From Dicyema japonicum (taxonomy: Eukaryota > Animalia > Dicyemida), in the NCBI GenBank assembly GCA_011109175.1, contig RDEW01000003.1, positions 496,001 to 560,000 of the forward strand: a stretch of DNA of 64,000 bases, given 5' to 3'. Positions within the stretch are counted from its first letter, which is position 1. The number at the start of each line of letters is the position of its first letter. This document shows positions 25,038 to 36,799 of this stretch, in pieces. Both the position numbers and the translations under genes were made by a program. Under the pieces are notes generated by a model. It made no database searches. It was not told where the DNA came from and saw only the letters and a program-made list of their open reading frames with translations.

Positions 25038-26029
25038 AATTACTTTTTGACCGATAAAAAACTATTTTTTAAATTTCAAAAATTAGTTAATGCGGATTAT
25101 AACTCTATGCTGTATATTTTCGAGCACGAGGGCAGCGGTGGGTACTGTGGAGTACGGCAGAATCGAGATGGCGATGCTGGAAATTGTCCCCCTGTTAAGG
25201 GATTTGATTCGGTTCCTCGGGCGCTATTCACAAAAATAGTATTCGATATGAATATTCGCCAAAAAGCTATGGTTCTTTGACTTACAAATCGGAAGAGGTG
25301 GATATTGGTCTGCAAAAACATAGAGATGGTTTCCACATCCAATGGAGTTCCACCTCTACTTGCCGGAACTCATCAGCCCGTGCATGGAAGACATGGCAAA
25401 ACGCACTATTACACATGCTCTCATACTTTGATGATATCGTCCTCACTGCCAAGGATGGAGGGTGTCGTACAATAAATATTGAGTACTCTGACCTCGAAGC
25501 TTGCTCAATTATAGTTTGAATTACCCCCAAGTCGTCACAGCCATATTATATTTAAGACATCAACCAAGATTTGTGTCAAGGAATAAGGTTTGGCTCAATA
25601 TTTGGAAAATTGAAGATTGGTATAGATTCGTTTTTGTAGGTCGAACGGGATCTTTCAAAGCTCATATCAGAAGCAAACGGAGAAAACAACAGAGTTGTTG
25701 AAGTTGAAATCTTTTTCCTCCCTCAAGAGTCTGCCCGTCGGCCACACTAAGAATTCTTGGCGTGCGCGAAGCCGGTGACTCGATTATTCACCAATGCATA
25801 ATTCACGTGTGACGTAAAAAGAGTTATTTCAACGGAGGAGAGGCATAAGCTGTGTCTTATAGTTAACCTATCCCCTAAACTCATAAACTCATAGATTTCT
25901 CGGTTTCTTCATAAATTTAATTAATGTTTTCAATGGCTTCCCTACTACCGGGAAGTTAGAATCCATTTGGAACGCCTCTCATTTGGAACGCCTCTGTTAA
26001 TAAACTGGATTCCTTAAATTTCATTCATG

Positions 26030-26230
26030 CCACTTCCAACTCGGGACCAGTCACTAACTGTGGTTCGATACCTATAAAGTATACTTCATTTTGTGAAAGG
26101 GAATTATCGACCTCTTCCATCTCGGGGACCAATCATAAATTTAGATTTGATCAAAAAATTTCCCCGTACTTCATTTTAAAGGCAAATTTTAACCTCTTCT
26201 AACACGTGGAAAAGTCACACTACTAAGGTA
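26030..26230. repeat. Imperfect tandem repeat, about 2.5 units of about 80-85 bp
   Basis: cttcca(a/t)ctcggg(g)acca and tacttcatttt..aa(a)gg..att..acctcttc recur in register. Confidence 0.5.
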
Positions 26231-26489
26231 CCTGGTCATTTTGGATCAAGAAAAGAACCGAAAAAAATTCCTGAACTCTGAAACATTCATTATTTTTTTA
26301 TTTATTTGGAGTCACCATGCTTTGTGAAAATCATAAGTAGGGCATTTTTTGCCATAAAATGCCATTTATAAAGGAAGGGTCATTTTTTATTAATGAGTTA
26401 AATTATACAAAAATTAATTAAAAATGTTTTATCTTTACAGAGTTATAGATGCCATTTTTGATTTAATTGCTATTATTATTATTTAAGCC

Positions 26490-27740
26490 AAAGAAACACC
26501 GTCTTAACCAATAACTAATATTCAGGTGATCCCGGCATCTCTCAGTAATCGGGCCATTTTTTCTCGATATTCCGACCGTGATCCCACGCATTTTCTATAC
26601 GGACGGGGTCTTTTTCCTTTCCTCTTCTGAAATTGCCTCCAGTTGCCTCTATGATAGACTCGAGTGCTCTGGGGGCAATTTCTTTATCTGTATATTTTTC
26701 CAGTAATTTTTTTGCTCTTGACTGGATCTCTTGAATTTTTGTTAGGTTCGTTGCCGACAGGTTAGATCCCCATGCAGCACATGCATAGCCTATTGTTGGC
26801 TCGACATACTGCTTGTAGAGGGTCCCGATACCTGGCGGATAAATTCCTCCACAGTTCCAAAGGAAGGCCTTTACAAAATTGATCTTCTTTGCACAGGTTG
26901 ATATGATAGATTCCACATGGGCTGAGAAGCAGAGGAAAGTATCAAAAGTTACTCCCAGTATCTTCTGCGATTTCTTTTGTGGTATAGGTACTCCATTTAA
27001 CGTGACATCAATTGTTTGCGTTCCCATCTTTCTATTCTTAGTAAATAGAGTGACTGCTGACTTTTCGGAACATGCATTTAATCGATTCTCACAACCATCC
27101 AAATATGTTATTTAGTATTCCTTGTAGTCTTTCTTAGCATGTTCGACATTTACGTCTCTAGATGCGACAACTATGTCATCGGCATAGGAAAGTAGCATGT
27201 CATTATTATTCATAAGTACGGGGAGATCACTCAAAAATAAATTAAAAAGGATTGGTGACAGAGGAGATCCTTGGGGTACACCATTGGGTAATAATCCCGA
27301 TCTGGAACTCTTGTTTCCGCTGGACACTTTCCCTCGGCGTCCACTTACGAAATTTGCTAACCATAACTTTAATGGTGCATCAATTTTTATCAAAAATATT
27401 TTTCGTATGAGGATCTTCCTTGGGACAGAGTCGAAAACTTTTTGAATGTCGATCGTACATATGACCGATTTTTCCTGTTTTGGCTTGTTCTTGTGTCTTT
27501 CAGTTATGAACTTCATTAATGTTGTTAGGAAGGAGGTTGTGGATAATCCTTCCTTGAAGCCATGTTGGAATGTAGGTTGTGGGAGAGAAAGGCGAATAAC
27601 TTTTAGGACCAGTTTCTCCAGGATCCTCGACAAAACACATATAAGGGAAACTGATCTGTAAGAGCCGAGATCGTTCTTCGGTCTTCCCGGTTTCAATATT
27701 CGACCATAATTGGTTTTAGTTGCTATATATTCCATTTTTT
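26490..27740 (-). mobile_element. I-group (Ingi/Vingi-like) LINE, 5'-truncated RT through 3' UTR
   Basis: KPGRPKNDLGSYRSVSL..FQHGF..DIQKVFDSV..GVPQGSPLSPILFN..YADDIVV..ILGVTFD..LYKQYVEPTIGYACAAW. Ends with the gggatcacc hairpin and a (TAA)n tail. Confidence 0.92.
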
Positions 27741-28477
27741 ACTTTTTTTTATTTATATTTTTTATACTTTTAATTAATTATTTTAATAAAAATAAAATAT
27801 TAACCACGTGTAAGAATACTATTCCTTGTTGTTCCACATAAGAAATCACAATTCACAATAAAAGAACTATATATGCCAATTTGACCTGCCGAACTGCATC
27901 GGATCGCTTTTCGTAAGTATGAAGATTGATAGTGGAGAAAGGATCTGGCTTATTGAGCGCATTTCCTTAAAAATTGTCATTGGAGATAGGTTTTCAATTC
28001 TGAGAGCAGGCTGAAATGAGTTAACTGTTTGAGTAGTTAAAAATAAAAATTTTCTTTAGCAATGTTTAAACAAATACTGCGGCTTTGCGCACTTTTGAGT
28101 GAGCTATAGAAAATCTCAAAAAGAAGGAAATTTTAATAAAAATAATGTTAAAAATTACATAAGACCATTCCGAGGAAGTATATAGGTCGACATTTGGTTC
28201 ATCCATACATTTGAACAAATAGAGTGTAGTGTTTTGCAATAAATTTTATTGAACAAATATTTCCTCTGAGTGTCCTTGAGGGACTTAATATCCATGCTTT
28301 CCCTGTCGGCAATTGCATATTTAAAGGCAATAAATCCTTCGATTGTAGCCAAGTGCCATTTTTTTGTTTTTATTACTCGCAGAATCCCCGACCTTCGCAA
28401 AGACACAGTCGACTGTTTTTCCAAACTTTTAAGGAACTGGAGGAGTATTAGCGAATCCCTTCCCCTTAGAGTGTTTT

Positions 28478-28700
28478 ATTCCAAGACCACCGATAAGCCG
28501 AAAAACAGTGATCCCAACGAATTTAATCAGGGACCTCAACTTGACTCGATACTCCTCCCTTGATCTTGCACCAGCTCGTTGAGGTAGGGTTGTCCTCGTT
28601 CCCTTGTAGGAGGCCGGCCGTCATCAGGTGTCCTGCAGTTCTACGTGGGAGTTGCAAGGATTGTGGTTCTGTGGTTTCGTTTAAAAATTGGAGATTCCTC
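28478..28700 (-). mobile_element. I-group LINE 3' end relic
   Basis: caagatcaagggaggagtatcgag..gggatcactg..cggtggtcttgg is nearly the same as 61680-61780. Confidence 0.7.
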
Positions 28701-28904
28701 ATGCATTGGTGACCAGGGGAGGTAATGTTTTTATCCCAAGCCGCAAGGGGTAGAGATATGGGAATCAATAACGAGAATATATACGCTCTAGAATAGAATA
28801 CAGCCCTGTCGCCAAGGAGTAGTAATGTAAACCTCAGCTTAGGTAGAACTCAAATTATTTTAAGAACACTCATGCTAATTAATCCGAGCATTGAAACTTT
28901 TCGT

Positions 28905-29215
28905 GTGGCGTAGTGGTTAGGTGTCGGGCTAAAGTGACTTATGTTACGGGTTCGATTCTCGCTGCTGTTCACCTGGTGGAAGGTTCCACGCATCTATGAT
29001 GCCAAAAGGGTTTGACGAGTGACGCCGTCATCAGTGGATACTCACTGAGTTGTCTAGAAAGGACACACACAAGAAAAAGAATAAAAGAAGTCAAGAGCAT
29101 TCCTTGGTTCTATGATTAGTTAAAATTAACTGTTCTTTACTTAAATAAAGTGTGTGTCCTGCCTATGCGGAGCTATAAATATTATGGCTCTCGTGAAAAA
29201 ACTATATTATTATTA
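28905..29215 (+). mobile_element. Full-length tRNA-derived SINE family A, 11-bp TSD, nested in an older antisense SINE-A
   Basis: A-box TGGCGTAGTGG, B-box GGTTCGATTC, (TAT)n tail; TSD aaacttttcgt at 28894-28904 and 29216-29226. The flanks (about 28830-28893 and 29227-29305) join into a minus-strand SINE-A. Confidence 0.85.
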
Positions 29216-29360
29216 AAACTTTTCGTTCTTTTCTTGTGTGTGAGTTCCAGATGACAATCCGGTTCCACAGTGATGAAACACTGATGACGTCACTCCCCAT
29301 ATAAACCGTCTACTTTAGCAATAGACAAAAAATCATGAAATAGGAAGACAGAATTACTAA

Positions 29361-30636
29361 TTAAATAAATAATGAGTTAATGACTAATTTATCTGCAAAG
29401 GGAGAGGTTGTGTAGAAAACCGTAAAGAAAATAATGACAGCCAATGTAATGGATATTGGGAGAGCTGGAAGAGCTCTATTGGCGAGGACTAGTAATCCCA
29501 AAGTGAATATTAACCCCTTCAATGAAAATATAATCATACCACGAGAATAGAAACAACGCAAAACACAACCGTGAGAATGTCCGCACTCGACGAGGACCTC
29601 CCAACGAGAATGCTGTAAAATATAAAGTCACCAAGTCCTAATTTTGGTCCTGACGACTCCTCAGATGATTCGTCAGGTTGGGCCATCGTGGCTAATTAAG
29701 CAAATAAAACAAACAATAAATCAAAGCAGGCATTATCTGCTCACTGCGAGATTGAGCAGTCTCAACCAGTATTCTCAGTGGTCCACGAGGACACAACACA
29801 GCAATCAAGTCTAAATTACCACCTGTGTGTACCCCAAACAGCCAGAGCCCCAAAACAGCCCAGGTAGTCCACTCTGGTAAATAACGGATGAAAAGGAGTG
29901 CAGAGAGGATAGAAATATAAACGAGGTACATTTGCTGGATAATTAAGGGGATGAATTATCCAAGTGAATGTGGACGACCCCCAGAGCACCAATATTCCAA
30001 GTAAAGAGTGCAGCAGTAATAATATCCATTGGCACTCGGAAATGACGACAGAAATTCCTACCAATCAACACTAGACAGACCAAGCAAAGTCATAGGTGAA
30101 GAAGAAGAGAATAAGACACGTGGATCCCATCAACCAGCAGTTTATGACCTTGATTAGGCTACAACTTACTTTATAGAACTTTTTGACATAGAGGACGACC
30201 AATATCACAGTCATCACGACGATGAAGCCCGTGAATATAAGACTATTCAGGAATACGTTGGACACTATGACATTATTAGAGCTATCCTTCTCTGAGAGGG
30301 GGGTGTATATTCTACGTTATAGGCAACGATACAGTTGAGCTGACACCTGTGAATATGTGGGGATCGACTTTACGATTATTATTATCAGTATCATGCAAAT
30401 CGTCACTGGCTTTAGGACCGACAGGAGGTCATCAGGTCCGTAATCCTTTTCCCCTGATTATTAGGGGTTATGAGAGTACGTTCTGTTGGCGGTTCATCGG
30501 GGTCAATAGATGGTGTATCAACCAGTCTCCTCCCTTGTGTTTCATTAGCTTCACTAGTTGTATCCACTAGAGCTCCTGTATCATCAACTGTAGTATTAAC
30601 TTGCGGATCATTAGACACACTAGTTGCCGATTCCAT
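29361..30636 (-). CDS. PSEN: Presenilin (gamma-secretase catalytic subunit)
   Basis: [79 protein letters not shown]. Both catalytic Asp and the PAL motif are present. 1-nt deletions in G-runs at 30451-30454 and 29848-29851. Confidence 0.95.
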
Positions 30637-30739
30637 TATTATTATTAATTAAATAAATAACATAAATTATATAATTTAAATACAATAAAATATAAGAGTT
30701 TTAAAAATTGTTTCCATTTTATTTCGATTTATCTTCATA

Positions 30740-31470
30740 CAGATTAAAAATGCTAATGCAACGTGATCAGGCTGTTTGGCCAAATGGTGTCTATCACTGA
30801 ATGTTCAGAAAACGGATATTGTTGAAATTAAGCGGATGGAACTACGCAATAGTGAATGTTGGAGGAAGACCGTAAAGCTTGGCTCTCTTCTCGGAGACTC
30901 CGAAGACATTGCAAGAAGAAAATTGTTATCTACGGTTACTATGCAAAAACTTATGAAATGTTGGATAAGAAAATGCTCGGTCGGGCCATCACTCCGACTC
31001 AGGTTGTATGAGGCGTTCGTGAGGCCCATACTAACATACAACTCTGGGACGTGGGGAATTTCGAAAACGGACGAACAAAACCTTGACTCCTTTCACAGAA
31101 GGCAACTTCGGTCTCTCTTGGGACTAAAGTGGCCAATGCGTGTAGGGAGTGAAAATTTATATAGAAGATGCGGTTCCGGACCTCTGAGCACCATGATCAT
31201 GAAGGCTCGCTGGAGATTGTTTGGCCATATTCTCAGATTGGAACAAGACACGCCAGCAAACGTCGTCATGGAAGAATACTTCGATACGTCAGGGGAGAAG
31301 TTCAGAGGTCGTCCAAGAATAACTCTTCCGGAAGTCCTTAATGGTGACCTGAGATCAGTAACCAGACTACTAAAGGACGGTGAAGACCTTAGTAGTCTGC
31401 GGCACTTGGGATCGGACAGGAGGGGATGGGAAAGGCTAATTAAGAGTGCTTCTATGCACAAAAAAGGACC
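30740..31470 (+). mobile_element. RTE-clade LINE, RT C-terminal fragment
   Basis: VKLGSLLGDSEDIARRK..RLYEAFVRPILTYNSGTW..LDSFHRRQLR..RWRLFGHILR..RGRPRITLP..DRRGW. Confidence 0.9.
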
Positions 31471-31479
31471 TGCATTTTC

Positions 31480-33175
31480 CCCCCATCTGGAGTCATCTTC
31501 AGACGACAACCCTGCTGTCTCAGCCTCCTCTGGACAAAAGACCTAACCTTACTACTTGCCGGCAACGTGTAGCAAAACCCAGGGCCGCAACTAACGATCC
31601 TACAGCTTAACATCAATGGAATCAGAGGAAAAATTTTCGAACTACGCGCTTATCTAAATAAACAAAAAGTGGATGTGGCAGCAATTCAAGAGACCAGATT
31701 GACGCCTATCTCAACTACTCCTTCCTTCCCTGGATACAACTGTATCTGTTTGGACTAGTTGAACCGGAAAGGCGGAGGCCTCATGTTCATCATTAAGAAT
31801 GGGTTACTGTATACTGACATCACAGATGACCTCAAGTCTTTGACCCAAGATGATGTTACAGAAATAAAAGGTATCTCGATTCCCACTATCATCGGAAAAG
31901 TCAACATTGTTAATATTTATGTTCCACCTCCTCTTTCCTGCCCGAAGGGATATAACCCAGACCTCTCGAAGTTGAACAATCTAAGGAACTTGATTATTTG
32001 TGGAGATTTAAATGCCAAACACCCAACTTGGCTAAAATCACAACGGGCTGACTCTAGAGGGTGGTCCCTACTTGAACAACTCTCGCCAATGTCGATCCTC
32101 AACAATCCGAAGACTCTTCGAGGACGCCCTACAAGGATAATGAATGTTATACCTCTCCGGACCTTACACTTTGCACTACAAACCTAACTTCAACCATTTC
32201 ATGTCTGTCGACTATGACCTCAACTCCGATTACAACCCAATCATCATCGGAATCAAGAAAGTATTCCTCCCATGAAGAAAACTACGTCATTCTTCAACTA
32301 TAAGAACGCAAACTGGAGAGATTATACAACTTTCACAGACTTAATGCTACAAAACTTCGACACCAATTTTTTCAAATATATCGATGGAGCTGTGAAAAAC
32401 CTGAATAAGTGATCTTACTGGGAAGAAAACTATTTATTCCAAGATGTTCCTTCAGGCGGTACAACGATAAACTAGATGAGAAGCTAGAGCCCTCATCAAA
32501 GAAAGGAATCAGTTTAAAAGAAATCTTCCTCCTCTCCCCGTGAGGAGAAGCCAAATCAAGAGTTAACGATGCAGTCGCACAGAGGTTGAAATCATCTCAA
32601 AGGAATGAATGGGAAAGCAGAATCAGAGGTCTTTGCAAGCATAAATCCACCCATGTGGAAGACCATTAAAAAGCTCGGATCATATACGAAACCTAATAAC
32701 ACAGGCCAGCCAAATGTCCAAGAACTAAACAACCTCATGAAGTTTTATGTCGGAATCAACCACAAGAAATTCCTGAAAACCAGCCCTTCCTTTACGAACA
32801 CAAAGCCAAAAAGGTCTTTTTCATTATATTGCTTATCATATTCCGATATTTGGACTGAAATCAAAAATACAAAGTCTTCCCTCTCCTGCGGTCCTGATTT
32901 GATTCCGGCTATTCTGCTCAAACATCTTGGCCCAATTGGAATAGAAGCAGTCCGGAACATCTTTAACTTTTGAATAAACTAAATTTGGAAACAGTCCAAC
33001 ATACGCCCAATTCTCAAGCCGGGAAGGCCGAAGAGCGACCCCTCTTCGTACAGACCCATTGCATTATTATACTCATCATTGAAGCTCCTGGAAAACTCGT
33101 TCTACGCATCATTTACCCTGCCCTTCCCCGGTGTCCAGATATTAGGCCGACAGGACATTTAGCCGACTGGAAATT
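31480..33175 (+). mobile_element. Ingi/Vingi-like LINE 5' half: 2A-like peptide, APE endonuclease, RT N-terminus (decayed)
   Basis: LLLAGNV*QNPGP, then ILQLNINGIR..VDVAAIQETRL..GGGL..NIYVPP..ICGDLNAKHPTW..SDYNPI..SCGPDLIP..PILKPG..SSYRPI. Confidence 0.9.
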
Positions 33176-33209
33176 CTGGTTTTAAAATTCAGAGATAAAA
33201 TTCAAGATA

Positions 33210-33485
33210 AAAACTTTTACTTAAAGGTTGTGAGAAAGCGCAGTCAAAATTCTACTGGAGTGTATTCATCATATTTTTCAATAATACTGTTTATCCTTTT
33301 GTTCACATCCTGGTACTTCTTTACTTGTCTCATTGTTATTCCTATCACTTGTTCTACTGTGAGCTCCCACTCCGACTGTTCCTTTTCGTATTTTTGCAAC
33401 AAGCCGACAAACGGTTGGATGTTTTATAGACACTCTTTGTGAAAAAGATCTGTGCCATCCTTCAAGTGAATTCGTAGTTCTTGGG
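33210..33485 (-). mobile_element. Mutator-like (MULE) transposase C-terminal relic
   Basis: RTTNSLEGWHRSFSQRVSIKHPTVCRLVAKIRK..KKYQDVNKRINSIIEKY..HNL. Confidence 0.75.
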
Positions 33486-33539
33486 AGGCCTTCTGTCTGT
33501 CTGTCGTGTACATTCTACATTTCCAAACCTCGGACAAAA

Positions 33540-34985
33540 GGTTCGGAAGATGTACCGTGAATCTATTCCTGACAACGAAAAAATCCCTTTTACGAAGAAC
33601 CCTAAAATTCTGGGGGTTATTTTTGATACCCACATGTGTTTTTCTGCCCATATTGAGAAGACCGTTGGAGGAAAATTGGTTTTATTCAAAACCACATTTG
33701 GTCAAATAAAAAAGCCATACCCTGCTCTCGGTATTTTCTATAAGCAATTCATCGAGCCGACTATCAGTTATGCCTGTGCAGCATGGGGAATTAATCTCTC
33801 GTGGACCAACCGTCTTAAAGTTGACAACATCATATGTCGAGCTGCGACTACCATAATGCACATCGCGAAGCTGAACAATATTTCTACCCAGTCCCTTTGA
33901 CCACCCTATCAAGCAAAACGGCAAGAGTTTCTTAACCCTCCAGCAGGACCTGTAGTCGACAGACCGTCCTGTGTCAAGCAGTTTCCAGAAGCACATCACC
34001 CAAGTTGGTTTTTTTCACAAACACTGTCCCCCGCCCATACCGTGAGTGTGTTGGGTGAAAAGTCCAACATCGGGAGAAGCTAAGAAAGCTCATCAGGATT
34101 GTCGGGATCACCTAATTAATTTCAAGAGCTTAACTATTGGTGTTTTTTGGTTAATAATAAATAACATAAGCGACATGCCACAAACCTGTGATGAAAACTG
34201 CCTAATCCTCCCCTATGCCGACGATATCATTCTTGCCTCCAAGGACAGAAGCATTCAATCAGCGACTCAGTCCGCTCAACAAACGTTTGACGAGTTGGAA
34301 CTATTGCTCTCGAAGCGGAGACTCGACGCATCAGCAACAAAGTCATCTTCACACTGTTTACCAATTACAAAAGACAGCTCTGTGTCGAACCAAAAATTTT
34401 TATGAAGAACGCGGCTATTCCTATTAACAAAACACCGAAGATTCTGGGAGTTACCTTTGATCAGGGACTCATCTTTATCCGGCATGTTGAAAACAAAGAA
34501 CTTCTGCTCTGAGAAAAATGAGAATTTTAAAAGTTCTCTCAAAAATACTTAGAGGCCAAACTGGTGGCCTTGCCACGGTTTATGAACAATTTATCCGACC
34601 AACGATGACGTATGCAAGTCCTTCATGGGCAATGCAGATTTCACGATCCTCTCATTGAAACTATCCACAACCGAGGAGACCGGATAAGGATAATTGGACC
34701 AGAACACAAAATCCAGCCCATTGAAAATCTCTTAATCAAATTACAACGGAAACTCTTAAAGGAGGCTAGTTCACCGAGCTGCCCTCTATTCCATACACTA
34801 TGGAAATATCTCAATCATACAGAAATTTTGAGCCGATGCCATGTCCAATGAGAAGAGCTGTTCAGGATTCTCGACCCCACCGGACTCGTCCTCTCCCTTG
34901 TCGGTCAGGAATCACTTAGTTAGTTGAGAACCTTTATTTCTTTTCTTTGACCCAGTGATCCTGGAGGTAATAATAATAAGGTTTT
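33540..34985 (+). mobile_element. Two I-group LINE fragments (post-RT region; RT end to 3' tail)
   Basis: PKILGVIFDTHMCFSAH..YKQFIEPTISYACAAWG; YADDIILAS..PKILGVTFD; terminal hairpin aggaatcact..agtgatcct plus taataataa at 34905-34980. Confidence 0.85.
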
Positions 34986-35039
34986 AACGACATCCTCCCA
35001 CTGACCATACAACATTCCTGTTATTGTATTAAAAATCTT

Positions 35040-36350
35040 GGAGACGGGGAGTCACTTTCCATACGTCGGTGTTCAACTATTCGATTAACCAGAATGTGAT
35101 ACCGTCATTATGGAAACAGGCACTAATACGGCCAATACTGAAACCAGGAAGACCGAGAGATGACTCAGCGTCTTTTAGACCGGTATCACTACTATGTTCC
35201 ATGACAAAAATCCTGGAGAGGCTTGTGCTCGGGAGAATGAAAGAATTTTTACCAGAGAGGCCTTTTCATCATGTATTAAAAAATGAGAGATCCACGTCTA
35301 CATACTTGCAAACATTGACCGACTTCATTCGAGTCGGATTCACAACCAAACCGACACACTTTAAAATAGTGCTCTGCTCGATTGACATAGATAAAGCTTT
35401 TGACTCAGTCTCGAAGAAGATTCTATCGAGAAAAATATTTCAATCGGAGATCCCAGGGAAACTAAAGCTTTGGATCACTAACTTCCTAAGTGGACGAAGG
35501 GGACGTGTTTGCCTCGGAGGTCTGAAATCAATCTCACGGTCCTCCCCAACGGAGTCCCTCAAGGAGCTCCTTTATCCCCTGCTCTGTTTAACCTCTCTCT
35601 GGCTGATTACTCGACTCTTGAATCTGATAATTATGTTCTACTTTTTATGCAGATGATTTTTGTTGGCTTCGCGAGATCAGGACATCCAGAAGGCCACGGA
35701 AAAAATACAAATTAACCTGGACAGGCTTAATGCCTGGATAATGGAAAACCAGCTCGTGGTGAATGCAGAGAAGTCGTCTACGTCGCTATTTACCTCTGAC
35801 AAAAGATTGGGAAGGAAGACAGTCACCTCAAAGTTAAACAAGGTCGGCATCCCTTTCAACAGATGTCAAAGGATCTTGGGTGTGACAATTGACATCTCTG
35901 TTTGACACCACACGTAGAAAACATTCTATTGAAATGCTAGAAGAAACTGAACGTATTGAAAAGTTTATCGGGAATATGGAAGAGTGGTACTCACCCAGTC
36001 TTGATGAACGTGTGCAAACAGTACATCTCATGTGCATGCGCCTCGTGGGGTCCGTCCATATGTTGGACAAATATGAGGAAAATTGAGGAAATGCAAAAGA
36101 GGGCTTACAGAGTAACGGAGCGTTGGATTTGTGAAGATCACCGAACCGAACCTACGCCTCTGGAGGCCATTATGAGACTAGACTCCAGATCACGGGAAGG
36201 TGGCCCTGAAAATTCCTGTACGTTCATGCGCGGGCACGAAGGAAGAACACCGGGTAAAGATGAAGTCTCTGTTAGAATGCATCGGGTTGCAGGACTGCGG
36301 AAGAGTGAGCTTAGAATAGCTTTTCCAAACATTGTGCTCGCGATCATAAG
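35040..36350 (+). mobile_element. I-group LINE RT fragment
   Basis: WKQALIRPILKPGRPRDDSASFRPVSLL..DIDKAFDSV..GVPQGAPLSPALFN..ILGVTID..YISCACASWG. Confidence 0.9.
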
Positions 36351-36799
36351 TGGTAACTCCTATTTCGTGTTCAATGTCATAATGGAGACCTTGTCACAAC
36401 AACTAACTTTGTATTTTAATAATATAATCAAATTAATAAAAAGTTAAAGCCCGTGATTTATTGCAATCTACCCCATCCAATGTCAATGGGCGATATTTAT
36501 CAATCGAAGGCTCACCAATCTCAAATGGACACGTGAAGTATGGGTCACTAACAAAGAGCCATACTACAATCCAGAAAACCGCCAAATATTTAAACTAAAT
36601 TTAATAAAGCTCAGTGGGGACAAATTTAAAAACACTGGTTGTACGTGTTGGTTGGAAAAAATAGGTTTTACTCCCACCATAAGAGCTGTGATCACTTAGT
36701 TAAGGACTCCCTCTTTAACCCAGCGATCCTGAGGCAATAAGTAACCTCCAACCAGCACATTTTTTCCTTGTTTAAAAAATAACAAATAATCAAATCAAT

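Noticed and set aside
28230-28440. hAT dimerisation-domain relic; FLYWCH/MULE-like pieces at 3890-4070 and 53770-54300
   Set aside because: Only vague spacing similarity; the key conserved residues are missing, so they could not be supported by eye.
28905-28985. tRNA genes at SINE heads (also 21900-21975, 23190-23262, 43000-43075, 12570-12620)
   Set aside because: A/B boxes are present but no complete acceptor-stem cloverleaf, and the heads continue into shared repeat bodies, in one case bounded by a TSD.
28990-29300. Hammerhead ribozyme core (CTGA[T/C]GA) on the antisense strand of SINE-A copies
   Set aside because: There is no stem II followed by GAAA in the required order, and the motif is better explained as part of a sense-strand cagtg/cactg hairpin.
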